Source: Gammaproteobacteria bacterium
GTDB taxonomy: Bacteria; Pseudomonadota; Gammaproteobacteria; Ga0077554; Ga007554
Direction: 5' to 3'
Assembly (NCBI GenBank): GCA_023266055.1
Contig: JAHFRW010000001.1
Coordinates: 25,153 to 89,152, forward strand
Length of the DNA stretch: 64,000 nucleotides
Part shown: piece after piece, positions 27,637-35,366 of the stretch
How positions within the stretch are numbered: the first letter of the stretch is position 1
Layout: every line of letters begins with the position of its first letter
Made by a program: the position numbers and the translations under genes
The notes under the pieces: generated by a model
The model's input: only the letters and a program-made list of their open reading frames with translations
Database searches by the model: none
Told to the model about the DNA's origin: nothing

Positions 27637-28923
27637 ATGAAGACGTTGTTTTTTAAAAGAAATATTGTGAGTTCTGTTTATGCTGGTGTCGGTGTTGCAT
27701 CACTGATGTTTTTTCCAGTATCCGCGATGTATGCAGCGGATACGGTTGTCGAAGCATTGGGAGGGGGTAAGGTGTCAGGCCAGTTCCGTTATCGCTACGA
27801 ATGGGTGGATGACCAGACCAAAAATAAAAATGCTGATGCGTCGACCATGCGTACCCGCCTTGGTTATATGACGGGTGATTATCTGGACATTTCAGGTTTT
27901 GTGCAATTTGAGGATGTTCATGTTGTAGGCGGGAGTGAGATTTATAATAGCACTGTTAATGGTCGTACTGAATATCCTGTGGTTGCCGATCCGGAAGGAA
28001 GTGAGATCAACCAGGCATTTTTGATGTATAAGGGCGTACCTGATACGGTATTTAAATATGGACGTCAGGCCATTAATCTGGATAACCAGCGTTTTATAGG
28101 TACGGTGGAATGGCGGCAAAATGCCCAGACATATGATGCGTTTACGATAACCAATACTTCCTTGCAGGATACTACGATTTTTTATGGGCATGTGAGTGGT
28201 GTAAATCGAATTTTTGGGCCAAAGAGTGCACAGGGTGATCTGGATATGGCTGGTGACTTGCTGAATATTACGTATAAGGGATGGTCAGCCGGTAATCTGA
28301 CGGGTTATGGATATTTTCTGGATTATATGCCGGGACAATCTATTTCCAATGCCTTGTCGAATCAAACGGCAGGATTACGTTTTGATGGTGGTTATAAACC
28401 GGAATCAATGAGTTCCCGGTTTTTATATACGGCTGAATTTGCCAGACAGAGTGATTATGCAGATGGTGGCTCACCAATAGATGGTGATTATGCCAATTTG
28501 ATGTTGGGTGTTGATGTGAGCAATGTGCAGGTTAAGCTTAATTATGAAGTGCTGAGTGGTGATGGGATTTATGCATTTGCAACACCCTTCGCGACGTTGC
28601 ATGCTTTTAATGGGTGGGCAGACAGGTTTCTGGTAACCCCCAGGGATGGTCTCAAGGATATTTTCTTGAGTGCCAGCGCGGTTGTGCTGGAGGGCATTAA
28701 TCTTTCCGGGGCATATCATTGGTATTCTTCTGACAACCTGGGGTACGACTATGGTTCCGAGTTGAATCTCCAGGTGGCCAAGAAGATTAATAAATCGCTG
28801 GTGGTGACCGCCAAGTATGCAGCCTACAGTGCTGATGCCAATGCCAGCAATGTTGCGCGCAATGCTGCGGGTGCAGCGAAAGATCTGGATAAATTCTGGG
28901 TAATGCTCGACGTGCAGTTTTAA
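27637..28923 (+). CDS. Outer-membrane beta-barrel porin (alginate-export/AlgE-like family) encoded at the end of the nrt operon
   Basis: It has a signal peptide (SVYAGVGVASLMFFPVSAMYA), alternating beta-strand sequence, aromatic girdle residues and a C-terminal ...WVMLDVQF. Confidence 0.7.
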   Translation: MKTLFFKRNIVSSVYAGVGVASLMFFPVSAMYAADTVVEALGGGKVSGQFRYRYEWVDDQTKNKNADASTMRTRLGYMTGDYLDISGFVQFEDVHVVGGSEIYNSTVNGRTEYPVVADPEGSEINQAFLMYKGVPDTVFKYGRQAINLDNQRFIGTVEWRQNAQTYDAFTITNTSLQDTTIFYGHVSGVNRIFGPKSAQGDLDMAGDLLNITYKGWSAGNLTGYGYFLDYMPGQSISNALSNQTAGLRFDGGYKPESMSSRFLYTAEFARQSDYADGGSPIDGDYANLMLGVDVSNVQVKLNYEVLSGDGIYAFATPFATLHAFNGWADRFLVTPRDGLKDIFLSASAVVLEGINLSGAYHWYSSDNLGYDYGSELNLQVAKKINKSLVVTAKYAAYSADANASNVARNAAGAAKDLDKFWVMLDVQF

Positions 28924-29072
28924 GGTTGTGGGTAGTGCGCTGGAATGGATGCTGGTGCACTGCCCCTTATTTTGCGCCCCAAATAAGGGCAAGCATGGAT
29001 TTGTTTATTCAAGTTGGTGCGGTCTGGATATCGTCAGAGGCTCATCGCAAACCCTCCGCTGTATGATTTATT

Positions 29073-29093
29073 TTGATTAAAATCAATATCTTG
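29073..29093 (+). promoter_or_regulatory. Perfect FNR/CRP-family palindrome overlapping an exact IHF core consensus, upstream of the transporter promoter
   Basis: TTGAT-TAAA-ATCAA (29073-29086) equals the FNR consensus TTGAT-N4-ATCAA. AATCAATATCTTG (29081-29093) equals the IHF core WATCAANNNNTTR. Confidence 0.4.
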
Positions 29094-29111
29094 ATTTGTT
29101 TTTCACGTGTC

Positions 29112-29126
29112 TGGCATGAGGTTTGC
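29112..29126 (+). promoter_or_regulatory. Sigma-54 promoter upstream of the MFS nitrate/nitrite transporter
   Basis: The match is TGGCAT-gaggt-TTGC(T). It is intergenic and correctly oriented. Confidence 0.7.
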
Positions 29127-29211
29127 TTAATCTGTTGCGTCACATGCACTTTTTTCGTCACCCGGCGTTTAAAGTGGCCCACTCGATACACGCTAAAATA
29201 CAGAGGCAAAC

Positions 29212-30486
29212 ATGAATTTTCAGGATTTTAAAAAAGCGGGGCATTGGCCGACGTTACTGGCAGCGTTTTTGTATTTTGATGTCAGCTTTATGGTGTGGGT
29301 GGTGCTGGGGCCACTATCACTGTATCTGACCCAGGATTTGGGGCTGTCCATAGAGGAAAAGTTTGGCATTGTCGCTGTACCTATTCTGGCAGGTGCCTTG
29401 TTGCGTGTGCCGATGGGCATGCTGGCTGATCATATCGGGCCCAAGCGTGCGGGCCAGCTTGGACAAATCATTGTCATGGTTGGACTGAGTTATGCCTGGA
29501 TATTTGGCTTGCATTCCAAGCTTGAGGTGGAGTTGCTGGGTGTCCTGCTGGGGTTTGCCGGTGCAAGCTTTGCGGTTGCCTTGCCGCAGGCCAGCCGCTG
29601 GTATCCGCCACATTATCAGGGTGTTGTGCTGGGTATTGCCGGGGCCGGTAATATGGGCGTGGTGCTCGACTCCATGATTGTGCCCTCGCTGGCTGAAAAT
29701 TATGGCTGGCAGGCGGTGTTTGGCTTTTTATTGATCCCCGTTGTTATCGTGTTTTTACTGTATAGCTGGATGGCTAAGGATGCGCCGATGCAGTCCAAGC
29801 CTGTGACATTGGAGAATTATCGTGCAGTGCTTAAGGATGTGGATGTCTGGTGGTTCATGTTTTTCTATTCGATCACATTTGGTGGTTTTGTAGGCTTGGG
29901 CAGTGCATTACCTTTGTATTTTACCAACTGGTACCATGCCTCGGGTGTGGCGGCAGGCATGATGGTTGCGATCGTTGTGTTTGCAGGTTCCATGTTCCGA
30001 CCGGTAGGTGGATGGATGGCCGATCGTATGGGCGGCATCAGGACATTGCAGATTCTGTTTTTTGTCGTGGCCTTGTCATATCTCGCCATATCCCTGATGC
30101 CGGAAGGGCCGGCGCCGCTTGTTGCAACGGCAGACAAGGTCAGTGGATGGGGGCTGTTTGAGTTACCTGCTGTAGCGTGGGGTGCAGTGCTGATTTTCTT
30201 TATCGGTGCGATGGCATTGGGCATGGGTAATGGTTCGGTATTTCAGCTGGTGCCACAGCGTTTTCGCCATGAAATGGGTGTGGTGACGGGGTTGGTCGGT
30301 GCCGCAGGGGGTGTGGGTGGCTTTGTGCTGGCCAAATCCCTGGGCTGGTCGAAAGGCATGACGGGTGACTTTGCGATGGGTTTTTGGGTATTTGCAGCGC
30401 TTGCCATGCTGGGTCTGGTTGGGTTGATCCGGGTGAAAATGCGCTGGCGCACCACATGGGGTGCAGTGTCCGGGGCAAAAATATAG
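29212..30486 (+). CDS. MFS nitrate/nitrite transporter (NNP family; NarK/NasA type)
   Basis: It is a 12-TM MFS protein with NNP-type motifs (AGALLRVPMGMLADHIGPKR; GAGNMG). Confidence 0.9.
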   Translation: MNFQDFKKAGHWPTLLAAFLYFDVSFMVWVVLGPLSLYLTQDLGLSIEEKFGIVAVPILAGALLRVPMGMLADHIGPKRAGQLGQIIVMVGLSYAWIFGLHSKLEVELLGVLLGFAGASFAVALPQASRWYPPHYQGVVLGIAGAGNMGVVLDSMIVPSLAENYGWQAVFGFLLIPVVIVFLLYSWMAKDAPMQSKPVTLENYRAVLKDVDVWWFMFFYSITFGGFVGLGSALPLYFTNWYHASGVAAGMMVAIVVFAGSMFRPVGGWMADRMGGIRTLQILFFVVALSYLAISLMPEGPAPLVATADKVSGWGLFELPAVAWGAVLIFFIGAMALGMGNGSVFQLVPQRFRHEMGVVTGLVGAAGGVGGFVLAKSLGWSKGMTGDFAMGFWVFAALAMLGLVGLIRVKMRWRTTWGAVSGAKI

Positions 30487-30560
30487 AAGCGGTTTGGCTT
30501 GTATCTTTATAAAGGTCTCTGTACTCTGTTTCGATATTGCAACAACCTTGTTTGTGAAAT

Positions 30561-32258
30561 ATGTCCAACGAACAGCCCCAGACCCGCATCGGTTTTGTCA
30601 GCAGTACCGGAAAACGCGCCGACAATCAGGATTATGTCGGCGCATGTCTGGAGGATAGTCGTCATTCCAGCCTGAAAGGCATGGTGGTTGCCGTGGCCGA
30701 TGGTGTGGGTGGCAACAAGGGTGGACGCCAGGCGGCAGAAACCACGGTGCGGGGTTTCATTGAGGGTTATTTTGGTTTACCCGAAACGCTGGGTGTAGAG
30801 CGGGCGGCGGGTCGGGCATTGGTGGCGATGAACCGCTGGATTCATATGCAAGGGCGGCATGACCCGTTCCTTGCAAATATGTCGACCACCTTCAGTGCAC
30901 TTATCTTTCGTGGTCGCCAGGCTCATGTGGTGCATGTGGGCGATACGCGCATCTACCGTCTGCGTGGCAAGCAGCTCATGCGATTGACCGTGGATCATAC
31001 CCTGTCCAATCCTGATCTCAATCATATATTGTTTCGTGCAATTGGTCTGGAAGAAGGCCTGCGTATTGATTATGTGGTGCATAGTCTGGAGCCGCATGAT
31101 CGTTTTCTGCTATGCAGTGATGGCGTGCATGGCGTGCTCACTGATCGGCGGATTCAACCTTTGCTGGTACAGTACGCCGCCCCTGAGGAATGTGCGCAGG
31201 CCATTGTGCAGGCGGCCTCGGAAGCAGGGAGTCAGGATAATATTACCGCGCTGGTGATGGACGTTATCGGCTTGCCTGCTGCCGATCAGATTGACCTTGA
31301 AACAACGATTGACGCATTGGTTATCCGTGAATTGCCCAGCGAAGGTGATGAGGTTGATGGCTTTAAATTGTTGAGTAAAATTTCGGATGGCCGATACAGC
31401 CGTTTGTTCAAGGCGGAAGATAGCGTGGAAAAACGCATTGTCGCGCTTAAATTCCCGCATCCGCGGGTAGCGAGTGAGGCGGCTTACCGGCGTGCCTTTG
31501 TACGTGAAGCATGGATAGCCGCGCGCGTGCTCAGTCCGTGGATTGTGGGTGTCATTGGCCTGGCGCCAGGCCGTCAAACGCGATTGTATTCAGTGATGCC
31601 CTATTATGAAGGTATTACACTGGAGGAGCGTTTAAAACAGCCTGTAAAATTATCGCTTGAGAAAGGTGTTGATATCGGCATCAAACTCGCCAAAGCCGTG
31701 TATGCGCTTAACAGATTGCGTATTGTTCACCGTGACATCAAGCCCGATAACGTATTGTTACAGGAAGGCGGTGGCCTGAAATTACTGGATCTGGGTGTTG
31801 CGCGGTTGCCTGGATTTCCGGAGTTTGAGGAAGAGGAAATTCCTGGAACACCCAGCTACATGGCACCGGAGCTGTTTGAAGGCGAGCGAGGTGACGATTC
31901 TTCAGATGTATATGCATTGGGTGTCACTTTGTATCGTATCTTCAGTGCCGGTTACTATCCCTATGGTGAAGTCGAGCCTTTCAGCCGCCCACGGTTTAAT
32001 AAGCGCGCATCGCTGACGCACTATCGCTCTGATTTACCTGCATGGCTGGATATACTATTGACGCGAGCCGTCGCTGTTGAAAAATCCAAACGGGTCGGTG
32101 ATGCCATGGAGCTTGCATTTGAGCTGGAGAATGGTTTGGCGCACGGTGTGCGTGCCGTGCCCTCCCAGCTCCCTTTTTACGAGCGTAATCCGGTGTTATT
32201 CTGGCAGATCATTGCGTTGATGCTTGCGTTGGCGTTGCTCACCGTCCTGGTCTTGTAG
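30561..32258 (+). CDS. Bifunctional PP2C-type Ser/Thr phosphatase / Hanks-type Ser/Thr kinase with a C-terminal TM anchor
   Basis: PP2C motifs are VADGVGGNKGG, GDTRIYRL, LCSDGVHG and GSQDNITALVMDV. Kinase motifs are VALKF, VHRDIKPDNVLL, DLG and SYMAPE. The C-terminal helix is VLFWQIIALMLALALLTVLVL. Confidence 0.88.
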   Translation: MSNEQPQTRIGFVSSTGKRADNQDYVGACLEDSRHSSLKGMVVAVADGVGGNKGGRQAAETTVRGFIEGYFGLPETLGVERAAGRALVAMNRWIHMQGRHDPFLANMSTTFSALIFRGRQAHVVHVGDTRIYRLRGKQLMRLTVDHTLSNPDLNHILFRAIGLEEGLRIDYVVHSLEPHDRFLLCSDGVHGVLTDRRIQPLLVQYAAPEECAQAIVQAASEAGSQDNITALVMDVIGLPAADQIDLETTIDALVIRELPSEGDEVDGFKLLSKISDGRYSRLFKAEDSVEKRIVALKFPHPRVASEAAYRRAFVREAWIAARVLSPWIVGVIGLAPGRQTRLYSVMPYYEGITLEERLKQPVKLSLEKGVDIGIKLAKAVYALNRLRIVHRDIKPDNVLLQEGGGLKLLDLGVARLPGFPEFEEEEIPGTPSYMAPELFEGERGDDSSDVYALGVTLYRIFSAGYYPYGEVEPFSRPRFNKRASLTHYRSDLPAWLDILLTRAVAVEKSKRVGDAMELAFELENGLAHGVRAVPSQLPFYERNPVLFWQIIALMLALALLTVLVL

Positions 32259-32327
32259 CCGGTGTGCACTGTGTCGGGGCTGTATACGCGATGTGCGCAC
32301 TATATAATGATGACACATTAGCGTCAT

Positions 32328-32344
32328 TGCACCAAAACAGAGCA
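32328..32344 (+). promoter_or_regulatory. Candidate NtrC-type site upstream of nirB
   Basis: TGCACC-AAAAC-AGAGCA compares with the consensus TGCACC-N5-GGTGCA. It lies about 120 nt upstream of the sigma-54 element. Confidence 0.3.
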
Positions 32345-32449
32345 TCCCTTCCTTTCAGAGCAATTCCCGATATTGTTCCGGCTGTACGGGAGCGGCGTAA
32401 CCTATTATTCTATAAATAATTATTTTGCCATTTTTGCATGTTATATAAT

Positions 32450-32465
32450 TGGCATCCATATTGCA
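32450..32465 (+). promoter_or_regulatory. Sigma-54 promoter upstream of nirB
   Basis: The match is TGGCAT-ccata-TTGCA. It is intergenic and 63 nt upstream of ATG 32528. Confidence 0.7.
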
Positions 32466-32527
32466 GTGTTAATTTTAAATAAAGTGAGCCATGAGGCTCA
32501 ATATGAAGTGTTGATGAGGGTCAGGTC

Positions 32528-34966
32528 ATGAAAGAAAAATTGGTTCTGGTAGGCAATGGCATGGCTGGTGTACGCACCCTTGAAGAGCTATTGAAACTTG
32601 CACCGGACAAATACGATATTACCGTTTTTGGTGCAGAACCCTACGGCAATTACAACCGTATTTTATTATCACCCGTGTTGGCGGGTGAGAAGACCATTGA
32701 CCAGATTATGCTGAACGACAAGCAATGGTATGCTGACAACGGTATCACGCTGCACTGTGGTAAGGAAATCACGCACATTGATCGGCGTAACCGTAAAGTG
32801 GTTGCTGCGGATGGCACCGAGGCCGCCTATGATTATCTACTGTTAGGCACGGGTTCAAATCCCTTTATTATTCCGGTGCCCGGCCATGATCTGCCAGGCG
32901 TGGTGACATTCCGCGATATACGCGATGTTGATCTGATGCTGGATGCGTCGAGTAAACACAAGCATGCCGTCGTGATTGGCGGTGGTTTGCTGGGACTGGA
33001 AGCCGCCAATGGATTAATGCTTCAGGGCATGAATGTCACTGTAGTTCATATTATGGATACCTTGATGGAGCGCCAGCTCGATAAGGAATCAGGCACGATG
33101 CTGCGTAAATCACTGGAAGAGCGCGGCATGAATTTTTATATGCCAGCGCAAACGGTTGCCATTACCGGCGAAGACCGCGTGCGGGGCGTTCGTTTCAAGG
33201 ATGGCAGTGAACTGTACGCGGATATTGTGGTGATGGCCGTAGGCATACGTCCCAATATGGAGCTGGCGAAAAAATCCGGCATACACTGTGAGCGCGGTAT
33301 TGTTGTTAACGATACCCTGCAAACGTATGATCCGCGTGTGTATGCCGTGGGTGAGTGCGTGCAGCATCGTGGTCAGGCCTATGGTCTCGTGGCGCCTCTT
33401 TTCGAGCAGGCCAAGGTGTGTGCAAATCATCTCGCCCATCTTGGTTATGCGCGTTATGAAGGTTCGGTAACTTCCACCAAACTCAAGGTCACGGGAATAG
33501 ATTTATTTTCTGCGGGTGATTTTACCGGTGATGACACCACCGAAGAAATCGTGATGAAAGACGCTGCGCGCGGCATGTACAAAAAAATTGTGCTTAAGGA
33601 CAATCGTATTCAAGGTGCTGTCATGTATGGCGACACTGTAGATGGTGCGTGGTATTTCCAGCTGATGCGTGACGGCACGGACATTTCGGCATTTCGTGAT
33701 GCCTTGATGTTTGGTGAGTCACACCTGGGCGATGCGGGTCATGGTGGTCAGAACAAGGCTGCCTCCATGAGCGACAGCATGGAAGTGTGTGGCTGTAATG
33801 GCGTATGTAAAGGTACCATCGTCAAGGCTATTACCGACAAGGGTCTATTTACCCTGGATGAAGTACGTGCGCATACCAAGGCATCGTCATCATGTGGTTC
33901 GTGTACGGGTCTGGTGGAACAGATCATGGCCTCAGTATTGGGTGGCGGTTATTCTGCCGCGCCCAAGGAAAAACCCCTGTGCAAGTGCACGGAATTAACG
34001 CACGAGACGGTGCGTCAGACGATACGTAGCAAGTACTTTGCCTCTGTTGCCGAGGTGATGCGCGAGTTGAACTGGCATACCTCTGACGGTTGTCATTCAT
34101 GCCGTCCCGCATTGAATTATTATTTGCTGTGCGGATGGCCCGGCCAATACAGGGATGATCCACAGTCGCGTTTTATTAATGAACGCGCCCATGCCAATAT
34201 TCAAAAAGACGGTACCTATTCGGTAGTACCACGTATGTGGGGTGGTCTGACTACACCCAATGAATTACGCACCATCGCCGATGTGGTTGATAAATTTAAA
34301 ATCCCCACTGTTAAGGTGACAGGTGGACAGCGCATTGATCTGTTGGGTGTGAAAAAGGAAGATCTGCCGGCAGTATGGGCGGATCTTAATAAAGGCGGCA
34401 TGGTATCCGGCCATGCGTATGCCAAGGGGTTGCGCACCGTGAAAACCTGTGTGGGTAAGGAATGGTGTCGATTTGGCACGCAGGACTCTACCAGCATGGG
34501 TGTGTTGCTGGAGAAGCGTACCTGGGGTTCGTGGATGCCGCATAAATTCAAAATGGCGGTATCAGGGTGTCCACGTAACTGTGCGGAAGCGACGATCAAG
34601 GACTTTGGTGTAGTGGCGGTTGAGTCAGGCTGGGAGTTGCATGTCGGTGGTAATGGTGGTGTGAAAATACGTGCAACCGATTTGTTATGCAAAGTGACCA
34701 CCGATGCGGAAGTGGAGGAGTATTGTTATGCCTTTATTCAATTCTATCGTGAAGATGCCTATTATCTGGAACGTACGGCGCCCTGGATTGAGCGGGTTGG
34801 TCTGGAATATGTGAAGAAGCGTGTCGTGGAAGATGCCGAGGGCCGTAAGGTGCTGGCGCAACGCTTTCTTGACTCCCAGCAATACGCGCAGATTGATCCA
34901 TGGCAGGATCGTGCCAGCCATGATGTGGAAAAGCACGAATTTATTCCACTGAAGAAAGTCGGCTGA
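32528..34966 (+). CDS. nirB: Assimilatory NAD(P)H nitrite reductase large subunit
   Basis: It has the FAD/NAD fold LVLVGNGMAGVRT, the BFD-like CGCNGVCKG motif, and the sirohaem/4Fe-4S region TCVGKEWCRFG...SGCPRNCAEA. Confidence 0.96.
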   Translation: MKEKLVLVGNGMAGVRTLEELLKLAPDKYDITVFGAEPYGNYNRILLSPVLAGEKTIDQIMLNDKQWYADNGITLHCGKEITHIDRRNRKVVAADGTEAAYDYLLLGTGSNPFIIPVPGHDLPGVVTFRDIRDVDLMLDASSKHKHAVVIGGGLLGLEAANGLMLQGMNVTVVHIMDTLMERQLDKESGTMLRKSLEERGMNFYMPAQTVAITGEDRVRGVRFKDGSELYADIVVMAVGIRPNMELAKKSGIHCERGIVVNDTLQTYDPRVYAVGECVQHRGQAYGLVAPLFEQAKVCANHLAHLGYARYEGSVTSTKLKVTGIDLFSAGDFTGDDTTEEIVMKDAARGMYKKIVLKDNRIQGAVMYGDTVDGAWYFQLMRDGTDISAFRDALMFGESHLGDAGHGGQNKAASMSDSMEVCGCNGVCKGTIVKAITDKGLFTLDEVRAHTKASSSCGSCTGLVEQIMASVLGGGYSAAPKEKPLCKCTELTHETVRQTIRSKYFASVAEVMRELNWHTSDGCHSCRPALNYYLLCGWPGQYRDDPQSRFINERAHANIQKDGTYSVVPRMWGGLTTPNELRTIADVVDKFKIPTVKVTGGQRIDLLGVKKEDLPAVWADLNKGGMVSGHAYAKGLRTVKTCVGKEWCRFGTQDSTSMGVLLEKRTWGSWMPHKFKMAVSGCPRNCAEATIKDFGVVAVESGWELHVGGNGGVKIRATDLLCKVTTDAEVEEYCYAFIQFYREDAYYLERTAPWIERVGLEYVKKRVVEDAEGRKVLAQRFLDSQQYAQIDPWQDRASHDVEKHEFIPLKKVG

Positions 34967-35018
34967 TACTGCGGTTCACGCAAAGATATTACGTTCATAC
35001 ATTGGAAATTTTTATAAA

Positions 35019-35345
35019 ATGACAGATTGGATTGAAGTGGGTGTGTTGGAGGATATCCCTTGTTTGGGCGCGCGCGTAGTACGTACTGCTGTGGGTGATA
35101 TCGCCGTGTTTCGCACAGCGGGTGATGAGGTGTTTGCCTTGCGTGACGCATGTCCCCACAAAGGCGGGCCGTTGTCACAGGGCATCGTGCATGGCAAGCG
35201 CGTAACATGCCCGTTACATAACTGGGTGCTGGAGTTGGGTGATGGCTCGGCATTGGCCCCTGATGTGGGGTGTACACCCTATTACCCTGTGAAAATTGAA
35301 AATGGTGTGATCAGCCTGTCCTTGCAGCCACAATCTGCACTTTGA
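35019..35345 (+). CDS. nirD: Nitrite reductase small subunit (Rieske-like)
   Basis: CPHKGGPLSQGIVHGKRVTCPLHNW matches NirD, and the gene follows nirB. Confidence 0.92.
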   Translation: MTDWIEVGVLEDIPCLGARVVRTAVGDIAVFRTAGDEVFALRDACPHKGGPLSQGIVHGKRVTCPLHNWVLELGDGSALAPDVGCTPYYPVKIENGVISLSLQPQSAL

Positions 35346-35366
35346 ATCGTGGCCATTGACGCAGGC

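Noticed and set aside
23366-28923. Impression that the Cache-like gene, nrtABD and porin module has a lower GC content (possible horizontal acquisition)
   Set aside because: My spot counts on 60-nt lines gave 40-48% here against 42-53% in nirB/nasC and elsewhere. The difference is not convincing without a proper sliding-window and codon-usage calculation.
28964-28989. 9-bp hairpin CCCTTATTT/AAATAAGGG after the porin gene as a terminator
   Set aside because: There is no U-tract on either strand. It may be a processing or stability element, but an intrinsic terminator is not supported.
28471-28992. 173-aa minus-strand ORF opposite the porin 3' end
   Set aside because: It is a shadow ORF, whereas the plus-strand beta-barrel reading is continuous for 428 aa.
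32485-32500. Hairpin TGAGCC-ATGA-GGCTCA upstream of nirB as a possible third ANTAR target
   Set aside because: It has a 4-nt loop (or a hexaloop CATGAG lacking A1), no second hairpin and no downstream terminator. It does not fit the dual-hexaloop pattern seen at 23273 and 24433.
34762-35277. 171-aa minus-strand ORF spanning the nirB-nirD junction
   Set aside because: It is antisense to two well-supported genes and is Pro/Arg/His-rich.
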